Assembly: GCA_024274785.1 (NCBI GenBank)
Contig: JAJSAM010000026.1
Span: 47,048 to 111,047, forward strand
DNA length: 64,000 bases
Direction of reading: 5' to 3'
Source: Planctomycetota bacterium
GTDB taxonomy: Bacteria > Planctomycetota > JAJSAM01
Part shown: positions 10,196-18,812 of the stretch, piece by piece
How the letters are laid out: the number at the start of each line of letters is the position of its first letter
Position numbering within the stretch: the stretch's first letter is position 1
Translations under genes and position numbers: made by a program
The notes under the pieces: generated by a model
Told to the model about the DNA's origin: nothing
What the model saw: only the letters and a program-made list of their open reading frames with translations
Database searches by the model: none

Positions 10196-10348
10196 GACCC
10201 GATCGAACGGGCATCAAAATCCCTCACCTCCGTGGGGGATATCGCCCGATCCGTGCTCTCGAGCCCTGTTTCTCCGCGATCCGGGGAATGGTACAGGAGT
10301 TGCCTTGGGGTTCTCCTTGAACGCCATTTTGCGTGGAGATTCCCTGTC

Positions 10349-11230
10349 ATGACCGACTTCCTTGGCACAAACTTCCCGATCCTCGAGGCGGAGGTCATCG
10401 GGGAGGATCTCACCTCCTACTGGATCGCGGCGCCCGACATCGTCCATGCCTACGGCCCCGGTCAGTTCGTCATCATCCGGCTCGATGAGGAGGGTGAGCG
10501 CATCCCGCTGACCATCGTCGACGTCGACCGGGAGCGTGGCGCCTTGCAGCTGATCGTCCAGGCGGTGGGGCGTACGACCGCCCAGATGGCGTTGCTGAAG
10601 GCCGGGGACACCATCCTCGACGTGGTGGGGCCGCTCGGCGAGGCCATCCCGATCGAGAAGAAGGACGATGCTTTCGTGATCGTGGGCGGCGGCGTCGGGA
10701 TCGCTCCGATCTATCCCAAGGCCAAGGCGTTGAAGGATGCCGGCAATCGCGTGATCACGATCATCGGCGCGCGGACGAAGGATCTCCTGATGCTGGTCGA
10801 TGCGATGGAGGCTGTCTCGGACGAGTTTCACCTCATGACCGACGACGGCAGCGCCGGGCGCAAGGGGCTTGTGACTGAGCCGCTCGACGAGGTGCTGGGG
10901 CGTGAAGGCACGGTGGCCGAGGTCATCGCGGTGGGGCCACCGATCATGATGAAGTTCTGCACGCTCACCGCCCTCGAGCATGATGCGCCGGTCCTCGTCT
11001 CCCTGAACCCGATCATGATCGATGGGACGGGAATGTGCGGAGGCTGCCGGGTCTCCCTCGGGGACGAGGTGAAGTTCGCTTGTGTCGATGGCCCCTGTTT
11101 CGACGGGGCGAAGATCGACTGGGAAGAGATGATGACCCGTCTCGGCGCCTACAAGGCCGAGGAAAAAGAAGCGATGGACCACTGGTGCCGGATCCGCGAC
11201 GGCGCGGCGGCCGAAGGGAAGAAGGCATGA
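10349..11230 (+). CDS. nfnA: NfnA/SudB-type FAD/NAD-binding 2Fe-2S subunit
   Basis: GERIPLTI, GGGVGIAP, SLNPIMIDGTGMCGGCRV...CVDGP.FD. Confidence 0.88.
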   Translation: MTDFLGTNFPILEAEVIGEDLTSYWIAAPDIVHAYGPGQFVIIRLDEEGERIPLTIVDVDRERGALQLIVQAVGRTTAQMALLKAGDTILDVVGPLGEAIPIEKKDDAFVIVGGGVGIAPIYPKAKALKDAGNRVITIIGARTKDLLMLVDAMEAVSDEFHLMTDDGSAGRKGLVTEPLDEVLGREGTVAEVIAVGPPIMMKFCTLTALEHDAPVLVSLNPIMIDGTGMCGGCRVSLGDEVKFACVDGPCFDGAKIDWEEMMTRLGAYKAEEKEAMDHWCRIRDGAAAEGKKA

Positions 11231-12765
11231 ACGACGACAAGTTGCCCGACTGCTGCGAGAACGCCGACTGCTGCGGCAATGGTGAGAAGAAAAGGCAGAA
11301 GAAAGAAGTCGAGCTGACCCCTTACGGCCGCATCCGTCGGAAGGGCAAGCGGGAGCGCGTCTCGGTTCCCATGCCGGAGCAGGAGCCGCTCGTTCGCGCG
11401 AAGAACTTCGACGAGGTGCCCCTCGGCTACATGGCCGAGATGGCGATGCAGGAGGCGCAGCGTTGCTTCCAGTGCAAGGGTGAACGCGCCAGGTGCGTAC
11501 CCAACTGTCCGGTCGGGATCAACATCCCCAAGTTCCTCGACGAGGTGGCGGAGGGCGACTTCCAGGCGGCGATCATGACCGTGATGGAGGACAACCTCCT
11601 TCCGGCCATCTGCGGCCGGGTCTGCCCGCAGGAAGAGCAGTGCCAGATGGAGTGCATCGGCGGCAAGCGGGGCGAGCCGGCGATGATCGGCCGTCTCGAG
11701 CGCTTCGTGGCCGACTGGTACGCGGTGCACGGTGAGAAGCCCGAGCCGATGACGCCGCCCGAAGGCGCGCAGAAGGTCGCCGTCGTCGGTTCCGGCCCGT
11801 CCGGCCTGACCGCCGCCGCGGACCTCGCGAAGAAGGGGTACGACGTCACCATCTTCGAGGCGTTGCACCGTCCGGGCGGCGTGCTGGTCTACGGTATTCC
11901 GGAGTTCCGGCTGCCGAAACGGATCATCGATCGCGAGGTGGAGAACATCAAGCTCCTCGGCGTGAAGATCTACCTGAACGCCATGATCGGGAAGCTGTTC
12001 ACCGTCGACACCCTGATGAACGAGAAGGGGTTCGAGGCGGTCTACCTCGGCGTGGGAGCGGGCCTGCCCTACATGATGAACGTTGCCGGAAAGAACCTGA
12101 AGGGCGTCTACACCGCGAACGAGTTCCTCTCGCGCGTGAATCTGATGAAGTCCTACGAGTTCCCGAAGTCGCCGACCCCGCTCAAGGTCGGTGAGAACGT
12201 TGCGGTGGTCGGTGGCGGAAACGTGGCCATGGACAGCGTCCGCACCGCGCTCCGCATCGGTGCTGAGAACGTGCACCTCGTCTACCGCCGCTCCGAGGCC
12301 GAGATGCCGGCCCGGAACGAGGAGATCCACCACGCGAAGGAGGAGGGCGTGCAGTTCCACCTCCTGACCAATCCGGTGGAATTGATCGGTGATGACGATG
12401 GCCACGTTCGGGCCGTCAAGTGTGTCAAGATGGAACTCGGCGAGCCCGACGACTCCGGCCGCCGCCGCCCGGTGGTGATCGAGGGCAGCGAGCACGAGCT
12501 CCTGGCGGACAACTTCGTCTTCGCCATCGGCCAGGGCCCGAACCCGATCCTCCCGGCCACCACACCGGGCCTGAAGACGGACAAGTGGGGCTGCTTCCTG
12601 GTGGACGACAGTCAGATGACCTCGATCCCCGGCGTCTTCGCCGGCGGGGACATCACCGGCGGCGCGACGGTCATCACCGCGATGGGTGACGGCCGGACCG
12701 CGGCGAACGGCATCGACCGGTATCTCACCGCCCGGCGGGAGGAGGCGGAGGCAGTGAGGCAGTGA
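11227..12765 (+). CDS. nfnB: NfnB/SudA-type (GltD-like) NADPH-dependent oxidoreductase subunit
   Basis: CFQC...CP, CGRVCPQEEQC, GSGPSG, YGIPEFRLP, GGGNVAMD, AGGDI; ATGA-coupled to the nfnA-like gene. Confidence 0.88.
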   Translation: MNDDKLPDCCENADCCGNGEKKRQKKEVELTPYGRIRRKGKRERVSVPMPEQEPLVRAKNFDEVPLGYMAEMAMQEAQRCFQCKGERARCVPNCPVGINIPKFLDEVAEGDFQAAIMTVMEDNLLPAICGRVCPQEEQCQMECIGGKRGEPAMIGRLERFVADWYAVHGEKPEPMTPPEGAQKVAVVGSGPSGLTAAADLAKKGYDVTIFEALHRPGGVLVYGIPEFRLPKRIIDREVENIKLLGVKIYLNAMIGKLFTVDTLMNEKGFEAVYLGVGAGLPYMMNVAGKNLKGVYTANEFLSRVNLMKSYEFPKSPTPLKVGENVAVVGGGNVAMDSVRTALRIGAENVHLVYRRSEAEMPARNEEIHHAKEEGVQFHLLTNPVELIGDDDGHVRAVKCVKMELGEPDDSGRRRPVVIEGSEHELLADNFVFAIGQGPNPILPATTPGLKTDKWGCFLVDDSQMTSIPGVFAGGDITGGATVITAMGDGRTAANGIDRYLTARREEAEAVRQ

Positions 12766-12902
12766 GGGCTCGTCTGGAAATAAGTGCGACCGTTGCACCG
12801 AGAGCGCCGCTGCGCCCGACCCAGCAAGGCGCGAGGAGGGGGCACCTGACTGGTTTCAGCCGACGAGCAACGCAGCTTTGCGTGATGCAGCTGCCCTTCG
12901 AA
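12766..12902 (-). repeat. Family A small inverted-repeat element (one end missing)
   Basis: Closely matches the reverse complement of 20771-20933; begins gggctcgtctggaaa immediately after the nfnB TGA. Confidence 0.8.
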
Positions 12903-13111
12903 CACACATCCCGGCAGTTGGCGCAACGCCAGCGGCAAACACTCTCCAACTCTCTCTCACTCCGGGGCGGACCCATCGGGCCGCCCGGATCGCACGTCTT
13001 GCTGCCGGTGCCAGTGTCCCGATGCCACCGGACCTCTGCCGTTCGCCCTGCTCCGAGCTGCGCCGGCCGGCCGCGCCGAACGCGCACCGGCCGCCCGGGA
13101 GCCGGCGTCGA

Positions 13112-13360
13112 TCACGCTTCATCCCCGATTTCGTCCTCGGTATTCAGGTAGGCCAGTCCGACGGAGAGGATCGCCGGCAATCGCGAGATCGTCTTCACGA
13201 TGTCGTCCATCGCCTCGGAGGTCTCCGTGTCCATGACCACGACGATGCTGCCTTTCTCGTCGGTGCCATGCACCTCCACCGCCGGGAACGCCGCGATGCC
13301 CTCGAGCGCCGCGGTGAGGTCTTCCGGTGCGCAGGTGATGATGAAGCCGCCGATCGGCAT
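13112..13360 (-). CDS. napD: Chaperone NapD
   Basis: 82 aa, MPIGGFII...VEVHG.D..G.IVVV.D; directly downstream of napA. Confidence 0.88.
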   Translation of the reverse strand: MPIGGFIITCAPEDLTAALEGIAAFPAVEVHGTDEKGSIVVVMDTETSEAMDDIVKTISRLPAILSVGLAYLNTEDEIGDEA

Positions 13361-13430
13361 GGAATGGCCTCTCGTGGTAGGGAAGAGGGGAGGCGGGGGC
13401 GGGAGAGATCCGCCCCCGGTGGTTCCTGGT

Positions 13431-13459
13431 CCGCATTTCTCATGAGAAAAGCGGGCTAG
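13431..13459. repeat. Family C 'empty' element: two terminal repeats fused into a hairpin
   Basis: ccgcatttctca|tgagaaaagcgggctag; the minus strand reads ctagcccgcttttctca, identical to 29458-29474, and overlaps the napA TAG. Confidence 0.7.
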
Positions 13460-15858
13460 AGCTGGACGATGACGGGCGAAAGGCGCTTCGGCCCGGAGAC
13501 CCGCCTGATCCGGCAGGCGCAGATCTTGAACTCCGGCTGCTTGGAACCGGGGTCGAACGCATCCACGCAGACCTTGTTCACCATCCGGTCCTCGGCCATG
13601 TCATGCATGTAGGCGAAGATCATGCCCTCCATCGGACCCGACCGGATCCGCGCCGGCATGACGATCTTCCCGCGCCGGGATTCGATCTCCACCATGTCGC
13701 GGTTCCTGATGCCGTAGGCCTTGGCGTCCTTCGGGTTGATCTCGACGAACGAGTAGGGGTTCCCACGGATCAGTTCCGGGATGCGGCCGGTCATCGTGCC
13801 GGTGTGCCAGTGGTCGATGATGCGGCCGGTGGAGAAGTAGATCGGGTAATCGGCGTCCGGCTCCTCCGCCGCACCCTGGAATGGCCGGAGCCACACCCAG
13901 AGTTTCTTGTCCGGGTGAGCCGGTCCGTAGAACTGGTAGGGGAGATCGTTTTCGGAGTGCTCGTCGGCCAGGGGGTCGAAGCCCTTCACGAACTTCATCA
14001 CCGTTCCACCGGTCGCGGCGTGCTCCTTCGTGGGCGCCGGCCACTGCACGCCGTCGTGCATGGTCTTCAGAAGTTCGTAGGTCGCGCCGCGCAGATCGTT
14101 GTCCTGCCCCCTGGTCGCCTTCTGCGAGTACTCGTCCCAGATGGCCTTCGGCAGCGCGTAGTCCGGTTCCTTGCCCTCGAAATCGGCCACGCATTGACGG
14201 ATCATCGGGTCGTTCAGCAGCTTGGCGAGCCGAAGCGCCCACTCCCTGGCGATCCAAACTTCGGGCATCGCTTCACCCGGCGCGTCGATTGCCTTCGGGG
14301 TGAGTTGCGAACGGCGCTCGGTGCAGCCGTAGACCCCCGTCTTCTCGAAGTGGAAGGCCCCGGGCAGGATCAGGTTGGCGCACTCCGTGGTGCGCGTCGG
14401 GAAGATATCGGTGACCACCATGAAGAGGTCGTCGCTCCGCATTCCTTCGCGGTACGGCGTGACGTTCGGGAGGGTCTGCGCGGGGTTCGTGCAGTGGACC
14501 CAGATCGCCTTGATCTTCTTTTCGTTGACCGCCTTGAACATGGCCATGGTGTGCAGGCCGGGCTTCGACGGGAGGCGGCCCCGGGGGAAGCCCCAGATGT
14601 CCTCCATCTGGTTTCGGAGCGGCTCCTTCGCCACGAGACGGTGGCCGGGCAGGATGTGACAGAGTCCACCACCCTCGCGCACGCCGCCGCACGCATTCGG
14701 CTGGCCGGTGAGGGAGAGGCTGTCCGCGCCCTCCTTGCAGAGCTGGCCGGTGATCATGTGGAGGTTGTGGATCAGGTTGTTCGCCCACACGCCCCGGCGC
14801 CGCTGGTTGATGCCCATCGTCCAGCAACTGAGCGTGCCGTTCGACTTCGCGAACCAGCGCGCCGCCTGGCGGATGCTTTTCGCGGTGATGTTCCCGCCGC
14901 AGATCGCCGCCGCCTTCTCCGGCGTGTAGGCCTCGAGGAACTTCCGGTACGAAGAGAGATCGACCTGCTTGCTCTCCTTGCCGATCCGGAACGTGCAGTA
15001 ATTGTTGATGAACTCGTCGTCCTGCAGCCCCTCTTCGAGAATCACCTGGGCCATCGCGTTCAGCATGGCGAGGTCCGTGCCGGGACGGAACTGCATGTGT
15101 GAGTCGGCGATCCGGGAGGTGGCGGACACGCGCGGGTCGGCGTTGATGACCTTCACGAAGTCCGGGTTGTCGAGCTTCCGGCGCATCACCCGGCGGAAGA
15201 ACACCGGGTGGCACTCCGACATATTGCTGCCGATGATGAAGAAGCAGGATGCCTTCTCCACGTTGGCGTAACCGCCGATGGGCTCGTCCGCGCCCATGGA
15301 TGTCACGTATCCTCCGACCGCGCTGGCCATGCAAAGCCGCGGGTTTCCCTCGACGTTGTTCGTCTGAAGGCCGCCGCGCATGATCTTCTGGAAGAGATAG
15401 GTCTCCTCCGTCAGGGCCTGGCCGGACCCGTAGTAGGCCACCGCGTCGTTCCCGTTTGCCTTGATCGCGTCGGCGAACTCCTTCGCCGCGATGTCGAGCG
15501 CCCGATCCCAGGATATCTCCTGGAAGGGCTCACTCTTCTTCGCCCGGTAGAGCGGTCTGGTGAGCCTGTCCGGCTGGTTGCCGATCAGCTTGTGGAAGAG
15601 CATCCCCTTCATGCAGAGGTAGCCCATGCTGGTCCTGGATTTCGGGACGCCGCGGAGCGCGACCGCCTTCCCGTTCTTCACGCCGAGTTCCACGCGGCAC
15701 CCGGTGCCGCAGAGGCGGCAGGTGCCCCTGACCCATTTTTGCGCCTGGCCGGCGGCATGGGCCGTACTCGCGGGAGTCGTGGCCAGGCTCATGCCCACGT
15801 AGGATGCCGCGGTGGCCGCCGCGACCTGCTTCAGGAAGTCACGTCTCGAAACGCCCAT
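13456..15858 (-). CDS. napA: Periplasmic nitrate reductase catalytic subunit
   Basis: Tat signal VSRRDFLK, CRLCGTGC 4Fe-4S motif, NPRLCMASA Mo ligand, SLTGQPNACG, TGRIIDHWHTGTMT, KQPEFKICA. Confidence 0.93.
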   Translation of the reverse strand: MGVSRRDFLKQVAAATAASYVGMSLATTPASTAHAAGQAQKWVRGTCRLCGTGCRVELGVKNGKAVALRGVPKSRTSMGYLCMKGMLFHKLIGNQPDRLTRPLYRAKKSEPFQEISWDRALDIAAKEFADAIKANGNDAVAYYGSGQALTEETYLFQKIMRGGLQTNNVEGNPRLCMASAVGGYVTSMGADEPIGGYANVEKASCFFIIGSNMSECHPVFFRRVMRRKLDNPDFVKVINADPRVSATSRIADSHMQFRPGTDLAMLNAMAQVILEEGLQDDEFINNYCTFRIGKESKQVDLSSYRKFLEAYTPEKAAAICGGNITAKSIRQAARWFAKSNGTLSCWTMGINQRRRGVWANNLIHNLHMITGQLCKEGADSLSLTGQPNACGGVREGGGLCHILPGHRLVAKEPLRNQMEDIWGFPRGRLPSKPGLHTMAMFKAVNEKKIKAIWVHCTNPAQTLPNVTPYREGMRSDDLFMVVTDIFPTRTTECANLILPGAFHFEKTGVYGCTERRSQLTPKAIDAPGEAMPEVWIAREWALRLAKLLNDPMIRQCVADFEGKEPDYALPKAIWDEYSQKATRGQDNDLRGATYELLKTMHDGVQWPAPTKEHAATGGTVMKFVKGFDPLADEHSENDLPYQFYGPAHPDKKLWVWLRPFQGAAEEPDADYPIYFSTGRIIDHWHTGTMTGRIPELIRGNPYSFVEINPKDAKAYGIRNRDMVEIESRRGKIVMPARIRSGPMEGMIFAYMHDMAEDRMVNKVCVDAFDPGSKQPEFKICACRIRRVSGPKRLSPVIVQL

Positions 15859-16301
15859 CACTTCGCCTCCTCTCGGTGCCCACGGAAAAGGTGGGGCGCG
15901 TGGCACTCCCAGCACTTTTTCCCCTGCTGCACGCGCGACTTCATCTGCCCCTGGTGGCAGATCGCACAGGTCGTCATCTCCGGGACTTTGCGGAAGTTCT
16001 CGTAGGTGCCGTGGCACTGGAAGCATTTCACGTTGTCGAGCCCGTGCGTGGAGTTGTACCAGTCCTCGTAGATCTGCGGAGTGGCCACCTTGTGGCACGC
16101 CGTGCAGGCGCGGTACACCGCCTCCTCCGGGATCTCCGGGTGGGGTAGAGGCTCGCTGGCGGCGGGAAGCGCCTCCTCCGGCGGGGGAGACGCCTCGGGA
16201 GCGACCGGCTCCGACGGAGAGGCGGATGGTTCGGGCATGGTGCAGGCCAGGATGCCCACGAACAGAATTGTGACCAGGGTCAGCAGGGCGGCGAACTTCA
16301 C
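15858..16301 (-). CDS. Small tetraheme cytochrome c lipoprotein (NapM-like)
   Basis: Four CxxCH motifs (CTACH, CFQCH, CAICH, CWECH), lipobox ILAC, GTG start after GGAG; its TGA overlaps the napA ATG. Confidence 0.88.
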   Translation of the reverse strand: MKFAALLTLVTILFVGILACTMPEPSASPSEPVAPEASPPPEEALPAASEPLPHPEIPEEAVYRACTACHKVATPQIYEDWYNSTHGLDNVKCFQCHGTYENFRKVPEMTTCAICHQGQMKSRVQQGKKCWECHAPHLFRGHREEAK

Positions 16302-16415
16302 GAAAATCTCCCTTCCGCGGCTGATGATGTGCTGATGCTTGGAGTGAATGTGTGCCGCTATTCTCGCCGTTGGAGCGGTGGAATTCAATTCAGGAAGGAG
16401 CCGGGAGAAGGCTGG

Positions 16416-16766
16416 CTATCTGGCGATGAGCGCGCGGAAAGCTCTTCGTGCCGCAGGGCTGATCCGACTGATCGCGAGGAAGGCCCGGCGACCGTCGGCG
16501 CGTTTCAGTACAGTGCTCAAACTGCCCGCGGCAGGAGGCGAATCCCGACGTTCGATCCGCTCCACGCATTCAGCGTGGAACATGGGCAGGAGGCGGCGGA
16601 TCGACTGGGCATCCACTGATTCTCCGGCGCATCGGCCGAAGGCATGGACGGCGCTCTGGAAGGCCTCGCGTGCAAGGGGGGCGGTCAATCCGTGCCGGAA
16701 TCCGGCGATCGTGACCAGCTTCCGCTGAATCTGCTCGAAGGCGATGGGCTCTGTTGAACCGGAAAT
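16416..16766 (-). CDS. Truncated ECF-sigma paralog lacking the region 4.2 HTH; probable ATT start
   Basis: Aligns by eye to the neighbouring ECF 17021-17614; similarity begins upstream of the first TTG (16688); AAGGAG lies 8 nt before an in-frame ATT at 16766. Confidence 0.65.
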   Translation of the reverse strand: MSGSTEPIAFEQIQRKLVTIAGFRHGLTAPLAREAFQSAVHAFGRCAGESVDAQSIRRLLPMFHAECVERIERRDSPPAAGSLSTVLKRADGRRAFLAISRISPAARRAFRALIAR

Positions 16767-16834
16767 GGCGACCGCTCCTTCCCGAGGCTGCGGGGTCCGC
16801 GCAGGAAGCCCGCATGGTATCGGGACTTCACTTG

Positions 16835-16850
16835 AGCAAGGACCATGCCG
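16835..16850 (-). promoter_or_regulatory. Putative sigma54 (-24/-12) promoter
   Basis: Minus strand CGGCATGGTCCTTGCT fits YGGCAYR-N4-TTGCW spacing; a relatively AT-rich tract lies upstream. Confidence 0.5.
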
Positions 16851-17020
16851 GGGAGTGGTTGCGGGGGAGTGGTCTGTCTGAAGTGATTTGTAGGTAAGGG
16901 ATTGTGTCGTCTGTTCGGTTCAGCGGGGCTGCGCACCGGGTGGACGGGCTGCATCGCCGGTTCAGAATTCTGGACGGAGAGGCTACGGGAAGCCCCCATC
17001 CTCACGGGGCACGCGGGCCC

Positions 17021-17614
17021 TCAGATGCAGATGCCCCTGGCCTTCAGGATGCCGCGGAGCTCCAGGCGGGCCGAGCGGATTCGGGAGTCGAGGGTATTCG
17101 CCTTGAGCTTCAGGCGTTTCATCAGACCGTGGCGGCCGACATCTTCCTCGATGAGCAGTTCGAAGAGTTCTCGCGCCTGAGGCTTCAATTCCTGCAGGGC
17201 TTCGACGATCCGGGTTCCGTCCTCGCGGCGGATGACCTGATCGATGACCGGCCGTGCCGTGCCGCCGCGCTCGGGTTTGAATGGCGACTCATCGATCTTT
17301 GTACTCTCTTCTGCGATTCGTTTGAGTCGATGAGTTGTCTTGATGGACTGATCAATGAACTCCAGGCACTTCTTCTTGAAGATCCCGATCAGGATGCCCA
17401 TCTGGTTCGTCTCGTTCCGGTAGCGGTGTCCGTGCTCGCAATACGCCGCAAGTGCTGTTTGGGCAATGTCTTCCGCATCACACTCTCGTATGCGGTACTT
17501 GAAGCCCGCAATGAGAATGAGGCGGCGACGCACCTCTTCGAACTTCGCTGGATTGCCGAGTTCCTCAAGCATGACCTTGTCTTCTAAGCCCTTTCCCGCC
17601 GCTTCAGCGGACAA
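17021..17614 (-). CDS. ECF-type sigma-70 factor
   Basis: DAEDIAQ region 2.2, ALQELKPQARELF region 4.1, L.L.ANTLDSRIRSAR..L HTH; start may instead be the internal ATG of MLEELG. Confidence 0.8.
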   Translation of the reverse strand: MSAEAAGKGLEDKVMLEELGNPAKFEEVRRRLILIAGFKYRIRECDAEDIAQTALAAYCEHGHRYRNETNQMGILIGIFKKKCLEFIDQSIKTTHRLKRIAEESTKIDESPFKPERGGTARPVIDQVIRREDGTRIVEALQELKPQARELFELLIEEDVGRHGLMKRLKLKANTLDSRIRSARLELRGILKARGICI

Positions 17615-17741
17615 CTCGCCCCCGTGTCAGGTTGCAGGCTTGTTCCCCCTACAGAACGTTGCCCCTCGTACGTCAGACTCTCCCTTTTAATCCTCGGACC
17701 GCCCGATGTCAATCCTCGTCGTCCAGAGCTTTTTGCATCCC

Positions 17742-18287
17742 TCAGCCGTACGGGTCCGCCGCGGGCAGTTCGCCGCGGGTTCGCGAGGGGTGGTGGTACC
17801 GGCCCCGGAAGAAGAGCAGGGGCCAGAGTTCGCCCTCGAGGTCGTGGAGTTCCGTCACCTCTCCCACCACGATCCAGTGGTCGCCGCCGTCGTGCATCCG
17901 GTGGACTCGGCAAGCCATCGCGCCGATGCAGTCCGCCAGGCGTGGCGCCAGACTTTCGTCTTCCCAACGGGTGAGCGCGTACGGCTCACCCCCATCGCTT
18001 CCGAGCCCGTTGTCGCGGGTTTTCGCGAAGTGGTTGGAGACCGCTTCCTGGTGATCACCGAGGATGCTGATCGTGAATGCAACGCCTTCTTCCATGAGCT
18101 GGGCAAATCGTGACTTCTTGGAAGGACAGACGATGAGCAGGGTCGGGTCGAGCGAAAGGGAGCTGACCGCGTTGGCGGTCATCCCTCGCAACTCCCCGTC
18201 TTTTTCGGCGAGCAACACCGTCACGCCGGTGGCGAACAGGCCGATCGTCTGGCGGTAGCGCGCATGAAGCTCCTGGGAGTCGGTCAT
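17742..18287 (-). CDS. Flavin reductase family protein
   Basis: FATGVTV, GMTANAVSSLSLDP, GGDHWIVVGEV, PLLFFRGRY. Confidence 0.9.
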   Translation of the reverse strand: MTDSQELHARYRQTIGLFATGVTVLLAEKDGELRGMTANAVSSLSLDPTLLIVCPSKKSRFAQLMEEGVAFTISILGDHQEAVSNHFAKTRDNGLGSDGGEPYALTRWEDESLAPRLADCIGAMACRVHRMHDGGDHWIVVGEVTELHDLEGELWPLLFFRGRYHHPSRTRGELPAADPYG

Positions 18288-18397
18288 CTCGGTCTCCTTC
18301 CCGCCCATCGTACGGGCTCGCGTGAAAGAGCTCGCGAATCCTTCCATTGTCGATTCCGCCGGGTACATTCGCACCGACTCATCGGAGCGGAGAGTGC

Positions 18398-18812
18398 ATG
18401 CCGAAGATCCGTGAAGACGCTCCCGAGCGTATCGACAAGGTCCGGAAGAACCGCTGAACCGGGGGATGAGAGGTGACCGTCGCGCACGAACACGCCGGGA
18501 AGAATGCGAAGCGATACCTCGAGGATCTATTCGAGTTCCTGCGGTGACCGACCGGGAGCGCCCCGCGACGCGGGCCGGGGTCCGGGCCTACGGGTTTCAC
18601 TGGCCGGACCGGGATGTCCTGCTGCTGTGCGGCGGCGGCAGCATTCCCGTGGTGGCGAACATGAAGGACCTGCCCGGCCTGCCCGTGGTGCTGAATGGCT
18701 TCGGGCTCCCGGGCTGTGGGGCGCACGGTCCCGACGAAAACCTGCCGATTGTGATGTACGAGCGCCCATCGACACGTTCATCCAGTTCATGCGCGAGAGG
18801 GCGGGTCGATGA
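18398..18812 (+). pseudogene. Degraded C-terminal fragment of an M20 (ArgE/DapE-like) dipeptidase
   Basis: GGGSIPVV....GFGLP...AHGPDE motif; frameshift near 18768 (continuation IDTFIQFMRE is in another frame); N-terminal catalytic part absent. Confidence 0.65.

Noticed and set aside
13456-15858. Selenocysteine recoding or formate dehydrogenase identity for the molybdoenzyme
   Set aside because: No in-frame TGA; the Mo-ligand motif is Cys (RLCMASA), and napD is adjacent.
16570-16815. 81-aa ATG ORF as the gene downstream of the sigma54-like promoter
   Set aside because: It has no recognisable similarity, whereas the overlapping frame aligns with the ECF and has a well-spaced SD.
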